Shown: positions 1 through 22,694 of the stretch, one piece after another | Layout of the letters: each line of letters begins with the position of its first letter | Numbering within the stretch: position 1 is the first letter of the stretch | NCBI GenBank assembly: GCA_963693365.1 | Contig: CAVNZM010000002.1 | Location: 4,046,259 to 4,110,258 of the forward strand | DNA: 64,000 bases | Direction: 5' to 3' | Origin: Amoebidium appalachense | Lineage: Eukaryota; Protista; Ichthyosporea | The notes under the pieces: generated by a model | Databases searched by the model: none | What the model was told of the DNA's origin: nothing | Seen by the model: only the letters and a program-made list of their open reading frames with translations | Position numbers and translations under genes: made by a program

Positions 1-2105
1 GTCACACGCACACTTTTGCGGGGTTTATTTGTATTTGTGCCCGGGGAAGAAGGAGAGAGAGAGGGAAGGAAAGAGGGGAGAGGTGGGGAGGGGACAGGTC
101 GGATAGAGAAGAGAGGGTGGGAGGGCAAATAATTTTTTAAGCGGCTGATGTGCTTATTGAATTTCAGCGTGAGATGGGATACTCTAGCAACTATTGGGAC
201 CAGACCATATATCGAGAGCGTTACAGGCCCAGGTTTACAACAGTTGTTAGATAGAAAGGAGGCAACTTCTGCTTCAAGGAAATTTGCCAAGGGTTTAAGC
301 GCTCTAGTTCTCTCTTTCTTGATCCAAGCGGCGAGAAGGGGTAAACCATATTCACATGCCGGGAAGACAAAAATGCGAATGTATGTAAGTCTAATAGAAG
401 GATGGAGGGGTGTGTCTTTGAAAATATTAGCCGAGAAGAAAGCTAACTGCTCACGAGCCAGCTCTACCCTCTTTTCAACCATATGGGAAAACATAACACC
501 AACAGAATTAACCGGAACTCCAAGATATTTGTATTCTGGAACTATAGGTACAGGTTTAGATGATAATGTAAATGTGTGTAAATTGTTAGCTATATCAGGT
601 ACAAGAACACCACATTTGTCTATGTTAAGGATCATAAGGTTTACCTTGCACCACTCTGACACTATATCGAACAAACTTTGCAGGCGTCTAGGGGTACGGG
701 CAAGGAGGCACAGATCATCAGCATAGAGAAGTGCAGGCGGAAAGTTATTACTAGGGTCATCATTTTCGGCATAAATCTTGACAGCCAAATCATCTATAAA
801 TAGGTTAACAAAAAGGGGCTAAGCAATGAACCCTGCAAGAGACCTCTAGTACGAGAAAAACCTTATGAAAGGTGCCCATTAACCACAGCTCTATTATAGG
901 TTTGAGACAAGAGTGCTTCTAACAAAAGACCAATGCAGTGTGGTACACCCCGTGCAGCAAGCTTTTCCCATAGGAGACCAGGGGAGACAGAATCGTAAGC
1001 AGTTTTCCAATCAATAAAACCAACATATCGTGCACCAACTTGCATAGAATCGCGCAGTGCCATTATTTGAACATAACATGAATTGTTTTTTCGAAAAGCG
1101 GCATGGGTGTATGTGAAGAATAGATTGAAAACTAGGGTGATGTGCAAATAACCTAAGTGAGCAGGCTTGGCTTCAAAGAATCTACGAACAACCTGGGTTA
1201 GTGTGATGGGGCGAAAAGATGATACGGGGCCCGCAGAGTCCTTCTTAACTATGGGATCACTAAGGTATCTAACCAAGTTGACGGGACATGTCCACATTTA
1301 ACACACCAAGAAAAGAGAGAGCTTAACATAATAGTAAGATCACGTTTAATAGCACGATCACTTTCCTTTTGTGGGGAACAAGGATTTTAAGAAACCCAGC
1401 AGGAAGTCCATCAGGTCCACAAGACTTCCTAGAGCGATAACTAGATATCACAGACCATACGGTATCGGGACGGAAAAAGGGGAGGATCGATTCTATGGGG
1501 ATAGATGGGTCTACAGGCCACACAATATGTCTCTGAGCGGGGGTCCTATCTTTAAACAGTTCCGAGAAATACTTATCAGAGTCTATGAGGGGGTCTCCAG
1601 TGGTATCACCAATATTACGAGCAGGGGGGCCAAATCGATTCATACTAGCAAGCCGGCGCAAGCTTTCCTTTTGAGACAGGGGCTCACCTAGTCTAGCGGG
1701 AGTGGTGTTTGGTAACGAGAGAGCATCGGGGTATTCCTTCCTACCACCACCAGCATAATCACCGAGATCTATCAAATCATCAACAATAAAGTTAGTGCAT
1801 GTATCTAGTACGAGATGTGAATCTGGTCTGGCTTGTGCAGATTCTAATAGGCGCATATATATAGGGTGTTTCGTTGCATAGCATACACATACATCAACTC
1901 TACCCCACTGTTACTTGAGGAGGAGGGAGCAGATCAAAGGAGATCTTAGGTAGGAAAAGGTTAGGAGAGTGGTCAAATGACCTAGAGAGTAGGAGGGAGA
2001 GAGAGTTTTGACATGGTTGATGGCCAAAAGGCCATTCCCCAGTCGGTGTTGTGGGCATGGGATATTTGAGGGAACCGCAAAGTGTGACTTTGGACATACC
2101 TTGCT
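1..2105 (-). mobile_element. Non-LTR retrotransposon (LINE family A), copy 1; degenerate, 5'-truncated within the APE domain, runs off the window start
   Basis: Minus-strand RT motifs in broken frames: SCGPDGLP, FRPITLTQVVRR, FIDWKTAYDSV, LLYADDL (plus atcatcagcatagag ~714-728). APE 'FDHSP' near 1975. Near-identical to 19365-21310; similarity stops at ~2105. Carries ~200 bp (about 1490-1685) that is deleted in copy 2. Confidence 0.95.
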
Positions 2106-3650
2106 GTCGATATAAACCTTTACAGTAACCCTGACCGCGCGTATTAACCCTTTAACCCCATGCAGATTGTTACCGTCTATGTTGTGTCCCAGGCTGCACG
2201 CGCAAAGACCGGGACTGAACCAGCCGACCAGCCACGGGGCACAGCGGGAACCAGTGTCATGCCGTTTTTAAAGCACGTGAGAGAGGAGTCCAAGATTAAA
2301 AAGATTACCCAATAGCTGCCCTGGATTAAGTTTAACTTTTATAATTAGTATTGTTTAGTTGGCGGTTGTTGGTTGGTGGGCTGCACCCACGTTGCGGAGG
2401 ATCACCTGTGCATATGTGCGGGCTATAGGAGGTGTATGTTGATCTACTTATGATTACCATTTTAGTTCATATACAGGGTCTGGCGCTCGAAACTTCTTGT
2501 AGTGTTACAATTATTGCATGTATCATACTATTTGTTACCACTAGTATTAGTAGACATCTTGATGGCAGTAACCGTTTTATAGCGCAAAGAGCTTAATCCC
2601 CCCGGAGCTGCGGTTACTAGCATGCATATTTAGCATCTGATGAATAGGGACTTGTGACTGAGTTTGCGGTGTTAACAGAAAGAAGCTGAAAGGTGTTAAG
2701 TAGAACTAGAGGTTGGTGCAGTGTAGCTGTTGCCACAATGTACATGTACTAGGTACATGCACATGCTCTCTTATGAGCAATAAAAACAACTGTTACACAT
2801 TCTAATATTGTAAGGGCACCTAATCAAACTCCCACGTCTGCATGCAAACCGGTGTTGCACTGCTTTGCTTGGCCCATAATTTGCCTACACCAGCTGAGAG
2901 AACTGTTCATGTGTGCGACTGCGGTAGCTGGTGGGTGGGTGGGTGTGGGTTTGCGTGTATGTATGTGTGTGTGTGTGTGCGCGCGTGCGTGCGCGCGCGC
3001 CGCGCACGAGTGTTTGCATGTGCAGGGAGGGGTGAGGGGAAGAGGCTCCCCGGGGGAGGGTGGGGAGGGGGGGGGGGGGATCTATTAGAGAGAAAGGGGG
3101 GGGGGGGGGGGGGGGGGGGGGGAGTGCAGTGATACACATTTACACACGGACACACGCACACACAAACCTTCCGTCGTTAAACTTTGATTGCTTAACAACA
3201 AACATTATCTGGTGTTACAAAATCAAAACTCGAGTACAAAAAAAAAATAGTTACTAGTCCCTTGCATTGTTGCATACACGTGTCTGCTAACCCATCCCAG
3301 ATTTTCATACATGAATTTTACATCCCTCGGAATGCATGACCAGTCCGTATTTCAACTTTCCCTACCCGAGAGAAATCCTCCTACCTTACTTATTCTAAAC
3401 AATTCACTCATCCATGGCAAATTTCGCTTTCTATTGAATTCTTAGTTGTCGGATTGAGCGTCAAACAAAACCAGAGCGGAAAAGGGCAACAGAAGCTTTC
3501 GAAACGAGACTCTGGTACGTTGTATAAGAAAGCAAGAATTTCGTAAAACATTCATGGCATTATAATTATTGCACAGAACAAGAAAACCCAGCCGGCTTGC
3601 CAGGCCCAGAGAAAAAAAAGAAGCGAGGGAAAAAAAAAAAAGGTGCCGGG

Positions 3651-3684
<34 letters not shown>

Positions 3685-3784
3685 ATCCTTGTTAACTCTC
3701 ACCTGTGAAAAAAAGTACGTGATCCCCCCCCCCCCCCAGAACCTAGACAAGCGAGTAAAGCATGCAACTTATTTGACTACCTAC

Positions 3785-4612
3785 TCAGTCCCACACATAC
3801 ATGCGGTTCACAAGGTCTTGCACCACCTCGTGAGCCAATAGCATCGGCACGTCATCCCACTTTCTCGGGTACCAGGTTCGGGGGTAGAAATGATTGATGT
3901 CCCAATACCGGTCAGGCCGGGTGGCTGACATCGGGAAGTAATCCCAAATTTCAAACCCTGCCTCCCGGAAAACCTTCTTTCCCAGTTGGATTCGGCGCCA
4001 CTGGTTATGGTAGGAACGTATGGCAAAAGCAACGTTGACACTTCGAACCATGGATGCTGGCATGGTCATGTAGATCGCCCGTTTTCCCTTAAAGCGCGTC
4101 CTAATTTCCTTGGCGATCCGAAAAATCGCATCGAGATATTGACCCTCGGTGACGCTGTGGAACAGGTCGTGAACCGCGCCGTCTTGAAAGATCAGTACAT
4201 CCGGGTGGCCTTTTCGGGAAAACTGAAAAGCGCGTCCGTCTTTTCGAACCACGGCCGCACTAAAACCCTGTTGCTCAGATATCCCGCAGCAACGATTGAA
4301 GGAGATTCGGGGCAGGGCCAGGTGGCGGACATTGGCGATGTGCCGTAACTTTGCAAGAGAGTGAGATTGATGTTTTTGGCCGAGTAGGACTGCACGGTGG
4401 TGGGGGTGATGTTCCGGCCGGCGTAGGTGTCGGACACTTCGATGGGCAATTCGTCTGCGATTTTCTGTGGATTTTGGTGAATATTCGGGATTTGGAAAAT
4501 TTAGTCTATAAAACCCCCCGCCGCTAGTCAGAACATGAAATTTGGGGTGTACAAAAACCCCCATGGAAATCCCTTCCTCTGTGCAGTGATCATACGGAAC
4601 CATTAAGTCTAG

Positions 4613-4664
<52 letters not shown>

Positions 4665-5301
4665 CCACCTACTTGCACACACCCATTCCTTTTGCATCCA
4701 CACACTTTCCCGACCGTCCAATCTTCCGGGGTCTATGGTTCGTCAGATTAGTTTCAACGGGGTATGCATTGAGACATGCATCCCCCCCTCCTCCTCCCAC
4801 CTCCCCTCCCCGCCTCCCCCCTTCCCCGACCGCTGACCGGCCCAAATTCCAAAGCCCTCCCTCCAGCCCCCCTCCCACCACCCCCCCCCCCTCCCCCCCC
4901 GCTCTCCCTCTCCCTCTCTCTCTTCCCTCTCCCCCTTCCTTCTTAATTTTCTTTTCTCCCTTATGTATGGCGTCAAAAGGGAAGGGGGGAAAGAGAGGGG
5001 GGGGGGGGGGGGGGGGGAGGGGAGGGAGGGAGGGATGTGGGTGAGTCAACGGAGAAGTATTATGTCTGACTAAAACCCTTGCCTACTCCTTTAATGGCAC
5101 ACTACCACACAGGCAAAACACACTTTCGTATGCGCTGCACCTGAACACCTCTTTTTACCCATGCGCGTGCACACATACACACTCTTACGTGCGCAACTGC
5201 ACTCACACACCTAATATAATGTGAACATGCAGACCCGCACGCTCAAGCATGCATGCGCACACTGCAGCCTAGTGCTCACGGCGCTTGCATGTGTGTGTGC
5301 A

Positions 5302-5366
<65 letters not shown>

Positions 5367-7188
5367 CTACGGTGACAGGCATACGCGCAAGCCTTTCGCG
5401 AACCCACCCACCCATCCCCTCATTCCCACCTTTCTCCCCTCACCCCCCTTCCCCACGCACGCACACAAACACGCACATACACACGCGACACGCGCCCGCA
5501 CAAACATTCACACACACACACACGTGCATCTTTGGTACCCACCTTTGGGTGCACAAGTCCGGTTTCCGGGTCAGGCAGGGCACCGGCCAAATATGTCACC
5601 AACGAGTGGAACAAATTCTGCGATCGGCTATCCCCAAGGATCCCGATCCGTGTCTCACCCATCTCCTTTGCTTTTTGCGCAAATCTGTTGGCCGAGATGT
5701 AACGAAGTGAGCAGTGGTAGGGTGCCCACATGGCCGTGTCGTTGACGTGGTACCTCATGTCCCCGCCACGGCACTTTGGTGTCGACCTTGTTGAATCATC
5801 GTCCGATCCGTTCGACGGATTAGCCTGTCTGATCGATGCATGCACTGGATTCAACTCTTCGCCGTTCGTTTCATGGAATTTTCTGGGTATGTTGGTTTTT
5901 AGGCTATCCTTCACGCTGCAGCCGGCCGCAGTTGGGGACACCCAACGTCCCTTAGAAGAACCTTGGAATGTGCACTGGGGGAGAGATTGTAGATTGATCG
6001 GTGTGGGGGCTCCAATCTTGACCGTGGTGTTTGGCATCAGGATCTGAAGGTGTGAAAAAAGATAGGAATGTGAGAAAAATGAATGGCATGTTCGAGATAT
6101 TCAGAAAAATGTTACTGGGATGAGAGGTGTTACAGAAAGGCATTCCACATGTGACTAACTACTATGAACAGACACAGATTGCTGTACTGTGCTTGTGTCA
6201 ATAGGGCCCAACTCTTAGATTGATCTGCATCATACTGAGACTTGACACCACAAAAATATGGAAGAGCAAATGGCTTAGATGCAGAGAGAGTTTATGGTAG
6301 ATACGGAGGAAACTGGTGGTGTGGGTGGGTGAGGATGGGGACGTTGCAATGTGAGGTGGTGTGGGGGAAAAACATCAACAGTTTGGACACCCGGGGGGGG
6401 GGGGGGGGGGGGGGGGGGGGAGGGGGGGGGGGGGAGGGGGAGGGAGGAGGACGGGGCGCAGGGAGCAGAGAGAAAAGGGGAAGGAGAGAGCTTGAAGGGG
6501 GGAATAGGAAAGGCATGGAGTGGAAAAGGCAGAGTTGGTAGGGAGGAAAAGGGAGAGGGGGGGGGGAGATTGAGAGAGGGAGGGAGAGAGGGTTGAGGCA
6601 AAAACTGGAAAGAGCAGTGTGGGGGGCCCCGGAGGGGCGGGGGGGGGGGGGGGGGGGGGGTTTGGAGGAGGGGGAAATGGGTGGGGGACTCTCACCTCTC
6701 CCAGTGTTGAACGTGTAGAAATGAATGTAAAAACCTGCGGGTTTACGTAGAAATCACCGATCATCGCGCCACATGCAGGGGCAGCAACCATCGAAGCCTC
6801 GTGTGTAAACCTTTCCAACAAATGCACAATCGACACGTTATAGACCCCCTCTTGGGCATGTTTCATGTCGAAAATGCACGTGTAGGTGCCGTTACAGTGG
6901 TCGTGGCTGTAGGCATAGGCCCGATACTGTTTTTCCGATTGCGCGGGGATCGCAGGATCGGTCCTGATCAACTGGCATCGGAAAGTATCGCCGCCGTAAG
7001 TTCGGTTATTTGAATTTATGTCACGGGCGTGTATGTTTACGGTGACAATACCGTTGTTGTTTTGGGTTGAAACTTCAGATCGCAGAATATATGTTCTCTC
7101 CGGCCCAAGAATCGATCGATGCCTGTTGCATCTCTTCCCGGCCGTCAAGTCGACAAATGGGAGGGGAAGGCCTGGCATCGTGGCGTCA

Positions 7189-7275
<87 letters not shown>

Positions 7276-8355
7276 TTGAGGTCGGGTTGGAGGATGTGGA
7301 AGGGGGCTGGGAGGTTACGCACATTGCTTGTATCAGTTTAGTAAGCGCGAGTGTGGAGAACAACAATGACTAGGTGTGTAACTGTGTGAGTAACTGTATG
7401 TGTGTGTGACTGTGTGTGCGTTTGTGCGCGCGCGCGTGTGCGTGCATATGTGTGTGCGCGCGTGCGTGTATGTGCATGTGTTACAAGGTTGTGCTTTGCT
7501 TCACTGCTGCACCACAAGGGAATAACACCCAGGTTTACATTGTAGCTTCAAGCGCTTTATCCAATTATTATTGCCGACGTGTGCATGTGTCCGTGTGGGT
7601 ATGTTGAGGACAGATGAATAACAGGAGCACCATATAAAGACCTATTCTAAAGTTGGAAGTTTCTCAAAGTAATTCGTGTCTGTTAAAGAAAAACAATCCC
7701 GCACCAGGTAGTCACCGCGTAACGAAGGACCAAGTTGCATAAAAAGGAAAAAAGAAAAAGCATATATGTATTTTTTTTTTTGGGATAGGGTCTCACCTTC
7801 CATTAGCTGCTCAAAGACCACGGGGGCTCTCACTGATGCATCGCTGCCAGATTTAACATTCGCATTTGATTGGTTCATTCGCCATTCCCATTGCCGAGAT
7901 CCACTCCCCACCTCAAAACCACCAACCTGCGTTTCTATCTGCCCTTGTGTGGAAGGCGAAGGATTCGATTGGGTGGTTGACGAACCAGCACCATATTTAG
8001 GCATGGAAGGGTCTCTGTTATTGGTCGATGTGGTGGAGCCTGATACAGAAACGGTGCAACCTATGGAAGCTGAGAAACGAGAAGCTGGTGGTATGTTGAT
8101 GTATGAGAAAGAAGAAACGAGAAAAACGACAAATAGGGCAACACCAGCCACTATTTGCCTGCGACGGGTGGAATTGCTGGTTGTGTTGTTTGGATCCCGA
8201 TTAGAAATCGATCGGCTAATCGCTAAGCGATCTGCGCTATCGGGCCGTGTAGGTGTGGTGCTTTCGTCGCTGCATGGGACGGACACATAAGGCGGTTTTG
8301 TGGAGTTGCCCGATGACTTCTGCTGTGATCCGATCGGAAAATTCAAGATCTGCAT
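3785..8355 (-). CDS. NXPE/PC-esterase-like type II membrane O-acyltransferase/esterase, paralog A (4 coding exons; 1-bp deletion in last exon)
   Basis: Exons 8355-7797, 7189-6696, 6043-5543, 4464-3785, all GT-AG and phase-compatible. N-terminal TM (IVAGVALFVVFLVSSF); YGGDTFRCQL...DHCNGTYTC Ig-like motif typical of NXPE; ILGDSRSQNLF (GDS) and DINH (DxxH). The last exon is 680 nt versus 681 in paralog B: one A is missing in the run at 4211-4214. Confidence 0.8.
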
Positions 8356-8498
8356 TGTTGAGATTCGAAAAATCCACCGCTGTGTTTGCGTAAGTTAGTT
8401 TTTTGGCCGAAAAAAAGAATTTCTTGGGTATCATAGACCCTTGCCTACCCCCCTCCCCTCCTCGCCCTCTTCCCTCCAAACACGCACACACACACCGT

Positions 8499-8543
<45 letters not shown>

Positions 8544-8622
8544 CGTCTTTGTCCCCCCCCTTCCCCCCTCCCTCCCCCCCCAACACACACATACACACAC
8601 ACACACAATAGAACACACACTC

Positions 8623-8680
<58 letters not shown>

Positions 8681-9142
8681 CCCCCCCTCCTCTCCCCCTT
8701 GCTCCTTCGCTGGTAAGAACGAGAAAAAAAAAAAAAGAGTTGCAGAAGCAAGGGTCAAAAAAGGTTTGAGGAGGAGAGTAAGTGAGGAGAACTGGGGGGA
8801 GAGGGTGGGGGGAGGGGAGGGGGAGGGGGTAAATAACAGGAACGCCACGGCAGGGGGTTTCACGCTGACAGTGCGAGGCTTACTTAGGTGAATGTCGCGT
8901 TTGTGCATGCATGCCACACCATTACACATACGACAGCGAATGCGCACCTCGTGTGCTTGCCAATAAGTTACTGGCCCTTTGTGCGTGTTATTATCTGTAG
9001 GTGTGTGGTTTGTCAATGGGTGGGTTGTTGTGGGGTGGGTGGGCGGCTTGGTGGATGGGTGGTGGGTTGGTGGGTAAAACGAGGGGGGGATGGGAAAAGA
9101 TGGATTTTTTTCTCCTATCATCTTTTTACATGCCCCTCCTAG

Positions 9143-9192
9143 TGTGTACTAAGGTTCATTTTTTTTCTTCACGATTTGTTCCCGGAGGACCC
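9143..9192 (-). repeat. Short dispersed repeat, copy 1
   Basis: Reverse complement gggtcctccgggaacaaatcgtga-A(n)-tgaaccttagtacac aligns with 13307-13365. Confidence 0.6.
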
Positions 9193-9249
9193 TTGTGTTA
9201 TGTGCGGTGTGTTTGGCTCCCCAGCATCCCCGGTGCATATCCCACCCTA

Positions 9250-9284
<35 letters not shown>

Positions 9285-11881
9285 CCCCCCCCCCCCCCCT
9301 CCCCCAGCCCCTTTACCCCTACATCACCTCTTCCAAACAACTTCACCCAAGACCAACATTTGGTGTCCGTATCAACCTACCTCTAGGCGGTAGAGCAATT
9401 GCTTTGCACTCGCGGTTTCCTATAGTCGATGCTCAAACACGTGTGTGTCTGTGTGCAGCTATCCACAAATAATGCTATTTGAACTGAACCGTCAACAGTA
9501 TCACGGTCAAGTGGCCAATTATGCTATCCTAGTGATAGGTAGAGAAATTACGCTTGGTTGACGTATTAACCATGCAGGTATCAACCTCAGGTAGATAATG
9601 TGGGGATTTGAAAGACCGAGAAATGGAACAAAGAAGCTAGCCCTGTGTGCACAATGCCTGCTATGTCCACAGTCCACATGCGTACTCGTTGTGAATGCAA
9701 AAGTCCTGCACGTCTATGCCTGTGATAAAATGCACACAAGGTGACTGGTTGAAGGCGGTACCCTAAAGAGTTGGAAACAGGTAAAGGTTGCGCACACGAA
9801 AAGAAAAATCCGATATATAGCACCACAGGATAAACTAATATTAAACGGTGGCTCTGCATGCATCAAAAGCGTTTTTGGTCGTCGCCCGGTCGTACAGCCT
9901 CCAAAAAGGGTCTAAATACATAATGGACTACGCGATATAGCGCGTTAATTTATGATCTCCTCATACAGAGTGGGCAGAGTATCCATGCAGAATTTCGTGT
10001 GTGAGTAAAGAAAAAAAGAAAGAAGAATCTGTTCACAGCGCAACTGGTAGCTGTATGACATGGGCAGACGTTTGTGACAGACGTACCTCGTAGTGTCACG
10101 TACCTACACAGATGATTCGTGGAAAGCGGCGATTAACCATAAATGGTTTATATTGCATGCAATGATTGGCTGTTTGGAACAATAATATCCGAGATGACGG
10201 CGAAAAGGTCATTATATTGGTCGTTTTGATTGGTTTTCAACTCGCCGCGCGAGACTGCGAGAGGGGCCCCACGTTGCAAATGCACGTGCAGCTGCGAATA
10301 TAATACTCCGACATAATTATCATGCAGCAGGTTTTTTCGGCTTTCAAAACTACTCATAACTCAGTGTATAAGGAAAAGTAACCCGTTTTCCCGCCAACTA
10401 GCATGAATACTGCCCCGCCATGAAGGTCTAAAGCTGTTCCATATCAACGTTAACATGAACGTCGACATATATTTCACATTACATGCGTATTACATATCGC
10501 AAGATGAGGACTCGCGCTCGATAACGGGTCCCGGATATAATCGTATGTTTATTAAGGCGAGCTTCTCTCGAAGAACCCGTAGCCATAAAAAAAAAGGAAT
10601 AAAGGAAATACATAACAAGTTTGCACTGTTATACTGTCAATAGCGCAATGACAACAGCTGGTGATTCCCAATCTCGGTCAGAAAAGGTCCGGTCACGTGA
10701 CCGAAGAGTGGGTTTAAGGGAATGGAGGAGGGGTATGGGGGGTGGAAGAACTGAGCTGTATTCCCGCAATAGGTAGATCCTCCTAATCGAGATTGGGCCG
10801 AAATCGCCGTGGGGAACCCACTAGATCGTTTAGAAAGATTATTCGAGTTCCGGCACCAGTGGGCGCCGGCCAGATCAACATTTTGATTGGTGTATTGTCA
10901 CTTTGTTTTGTGCCCGTTTCTACAATAGATCTCTGTCGGCCTCTGAGTCTCTGGTGCACACCGTCACTGGTGCTCGACATCGATACCGACCAAACTCTGT
11001 GCATGCAACGGTTGTAGTGTTCACCATTCCTTGTTCAAGCTCCATCGCAACTACAACGTCATTAGCACCCACCCTGTCTTAGCAGTTGAAGAGCCCGCAT
11101 CCTAATCAATAGTGCAGCCTCATCATTACCCATGCAGGCTTCCGATACCTTGGTGTACATGCCGGTGGCAGCAGCCAGTGTGAGCTGGATTCGGACAAAC
11201 TGAAAAGAAACAAAGGAAATTTTCGCTTTCATTTGACGTCACGGTGTGGCCACATCACATTTACAGCTGTAGCTGCTGCGTTGTTAAGTATACAACCTGG
11301 TCCTGCCGCCGCACAAGCATTTATTCATACGCCTAATCTCCATGCTGCCCCATTAGACCAAATAATAGTAGACTTTTAATATACTATGGTCGTCCATTAG
11401 ACTGATTAGATTTAGTCTGCGCACACGGCAGACAATATTCACAGTACGTCCGTGTCGCCTGGATGCCACCTCATTAAGGAATGAAAGCTAACCCCCGTGA
11501 AACATCAATGCTGAGGAGGTGAGTTGAAGACTTGCAGTAGCTAGGCTCAGGTTCCAACACACGGGAGACAAGCACTATCGAGTGACTCCGGTATCCACGC
11601 TTTGGCGGCCATAAGCACAAACACAGCATACCCTCAGAATCGATATCACATACAGCCAAACACCCACCCACGTTTATACGAAACCAGCCAGTGTCTGGGA
11701 GAAGATCGGGAATACAAGAAAGCACGCACCAACACAAGCAAACACACAGAAATACACAGCGATACTACAGCCGTCTGAATTCGCGGGTGCGGCGGACATG
11801 CAAATACACCTAAACGTGTGTGTGTGTATGTGTATGCACACACACACACACACGCACACACACATATGCACACACACACAC

Positions 11882-11940
<59 letters not shown>

Positions 11941-12371
11941 GGCCCTCACACACGCACACACACACACACACACAGACACACACACACACACACATGCGCA
12001 CACACATACTGTGGCAGACACACCGTGGCAAAGGGACAGGCACAGACACGCACACGCACATAAACGGCTCAGTGAAATGCCTTTTAATTTAGGCACAAGG
12101 CCAAAAACTGGACCACGTATGCTGCAACCGTTGGTGGCACGAGGGCAACCGCCCGTGTGCGCACACGAACACACACACGTACACACATACAGATACACAC
12201 ACACACACACACACACATACAGGCACACACACACACCGTAGACAGACACCCACCCACCCTCTCTGTCAGAGACACACACATGCACACAGGCACACAAGCA
12301 AGCAGAAACGCCCAGTGCCAGTCCCCGACCCCACTCTATCCCCCGAGTCCGCCTCCCCCACCTCCACCCCC

Positions 12372-12404
<33 letters not shown>

Positions 12405-12626
12405 CACACACACACACACATACATATACACACAGCTCTCCCCATGCGTCCCCCCCCCTCCCCCCCCCTCCCCCCCCCCTTTCCTCTCCCTCTCAAACAC
12501 ACAAACACACCTCAAAAGCAAAATAATAGCCGTTCAACCCCACTCGTCTATACACAATTGCAAGGCCTAATTCACTAATGTTATATTTCTCTTTGCAGCG
12601 GCTAATCTGTCGCCCCCTCAACGATC

Positions 12627-17558
<4,932 letters not shown>

Positions 17559-17742
17559 GTCAGTTTATTTTCATTTTTTTCCCGTTTGTCGACGCAGTGT
17601 GTTGTTTCCTTATCATTGAATTTTTTTTTTGGAGTTTTTAATCCTCTGTTATCTCTTTTTTTGGCAAATGCATTGTACACAATGTAAATAGGGAGACCGT
17701 TGACGCAGCAAAAACCCATGAGTGCGCGCGCGCGCGTGCGAA

Positions 17743-17962
<220 letters not shown>

Positions 17963-18137
17963 ATGTACACACTTCACAATGACAACTGTTACAATATTCC
18001 TGCAGTTTTGGCGCCAAGTCACTTTGAGCCAAGTCCTCAGCCCGATCCATGTCATGACATGTTGATCATGAGGGGGTGCACATGAAGGCTTGGGAACGGT
18101 GGGGAAGATTGGTTACTACCCAAGGTTGAACGGGGCT

Positions 18138-18179
<42 letters not shown>

Positions 18180-18403
18180 ACCGAAAGATGTTCAAACACG
18201 TATACTGCGCGTACGTACAGGTCACTGATACGAAATCGCGATTTGCATGCAGTTTAGGCCTTCCAAGTCGCCAATTTGGGTACTGACTTCAACATCAAAC
18301 CCAATTCGACTCGTGACTCATCCGACATCAAGAGTGCGCACAAGAGTAGGGTGACTGTTATCTTATTGGATGTTAGCGCACCTATCATGTTTTGACGTTG
18401 ATA

Positions 18404-21760
<3,357 letters not shown>

Positions 21761-22189
21761 TTTTTCCTTGTCCAAAATATATTTCTTGTCAACGAAAGCT
21801 GTGACCATCCGTCCCCCATCCGACTTTCATCTGTGTTCGAATTCGTCATATTCCCATCACATTTCGATGTCGCATGATAGCAGAGCACAATCACAGTATC
21901 CGGCCTCTCCAATTGGCTCCCTGGACTAGGTCTAAAGTCTAAACAGCGTATAGGCTTCTTCTCTTTACTTTTCCTCCGATCTTCTCAAATAAGCTTAAGT
22001 GCATTGAAGTAGAAAGCTCATATAAATTAATGAACGCGGTAATGAACACCATGGCCACGGGCCACGGCAGTGGGCAGAGTAGACACGCAATATTAATTTC
22101 CAACGACTGCTAGGCCGTCTTAATTCCTGTGAATTCCTTTCTTTTCACGGCGAAAAAAAAAACAAACATCATGATAACTGAATCACACC

Positions 22190-22694
22190 ATGGCAAGCAA
22201 CGGCTACGACATTGAGCGGTTTGTGCACCGGCCTTCCGCCGAAAAGTGGCAGTGTGCAATCTGGCTCGATGTTCCCCGTAACCCCCTGGTTGTTGGTTGC
22301 AAGAACAGCCACATCTTCTGTGCAGAGTGCATCAGGGCAGCCTTTAACATCAAAAAATCGTGCCCTACGTGAAGGAAGACCTCGACCCTACCTCCGAGAG
22401 ACTGCTTCAGACCCCCCAAGCCATAAACTCGGCGTTTGCACGCATCTTTTTCTCGTTGCAAATTCACTGCCACAACCAAATTGAAGCCAACGGGTGTATG
22501 CAGGTGTGTGAACTGGGGGACCTTGATGCACACATCAACACCTGCCCGTGGGAGAAAGTGGCGTGTTTGAACTTCGGGTGTGGTGTGATATGTAGGCTAT
22601 GCAAGACGCAGGGACGGAGCTCGAGGAGAGTGCATGTACCGTGAGATGCAGTGCGATCTGTGTGAACAGAAGCTACAATTCTGCAATTTAGAAG
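22190..22694 (+). pseudogene. RING finger + TRAF-type zinc finger gene fragment, disrupted
   Basis: GYDIERF..CAIW(C>W)LDV..P..GC..SHIFCAECI..CPT. A 1-bp deletion at ~22370 gives TGA instead of TGC-AAG. Continues as IHCHN..GC..ELGDLDAHINTCPWEKVACLNFGC; a second frameshift at ~22590-22625 leads to ECMYREMQCDLC, ending at a G|GTAAGT donor. Confidence 0.8.

Noticed and set aside
2126-2158. Telomere-like taaccc words next to the 5' truncation of LINE-A copy 1
   Set aside because: Only three scattered imperfect units; not an array.
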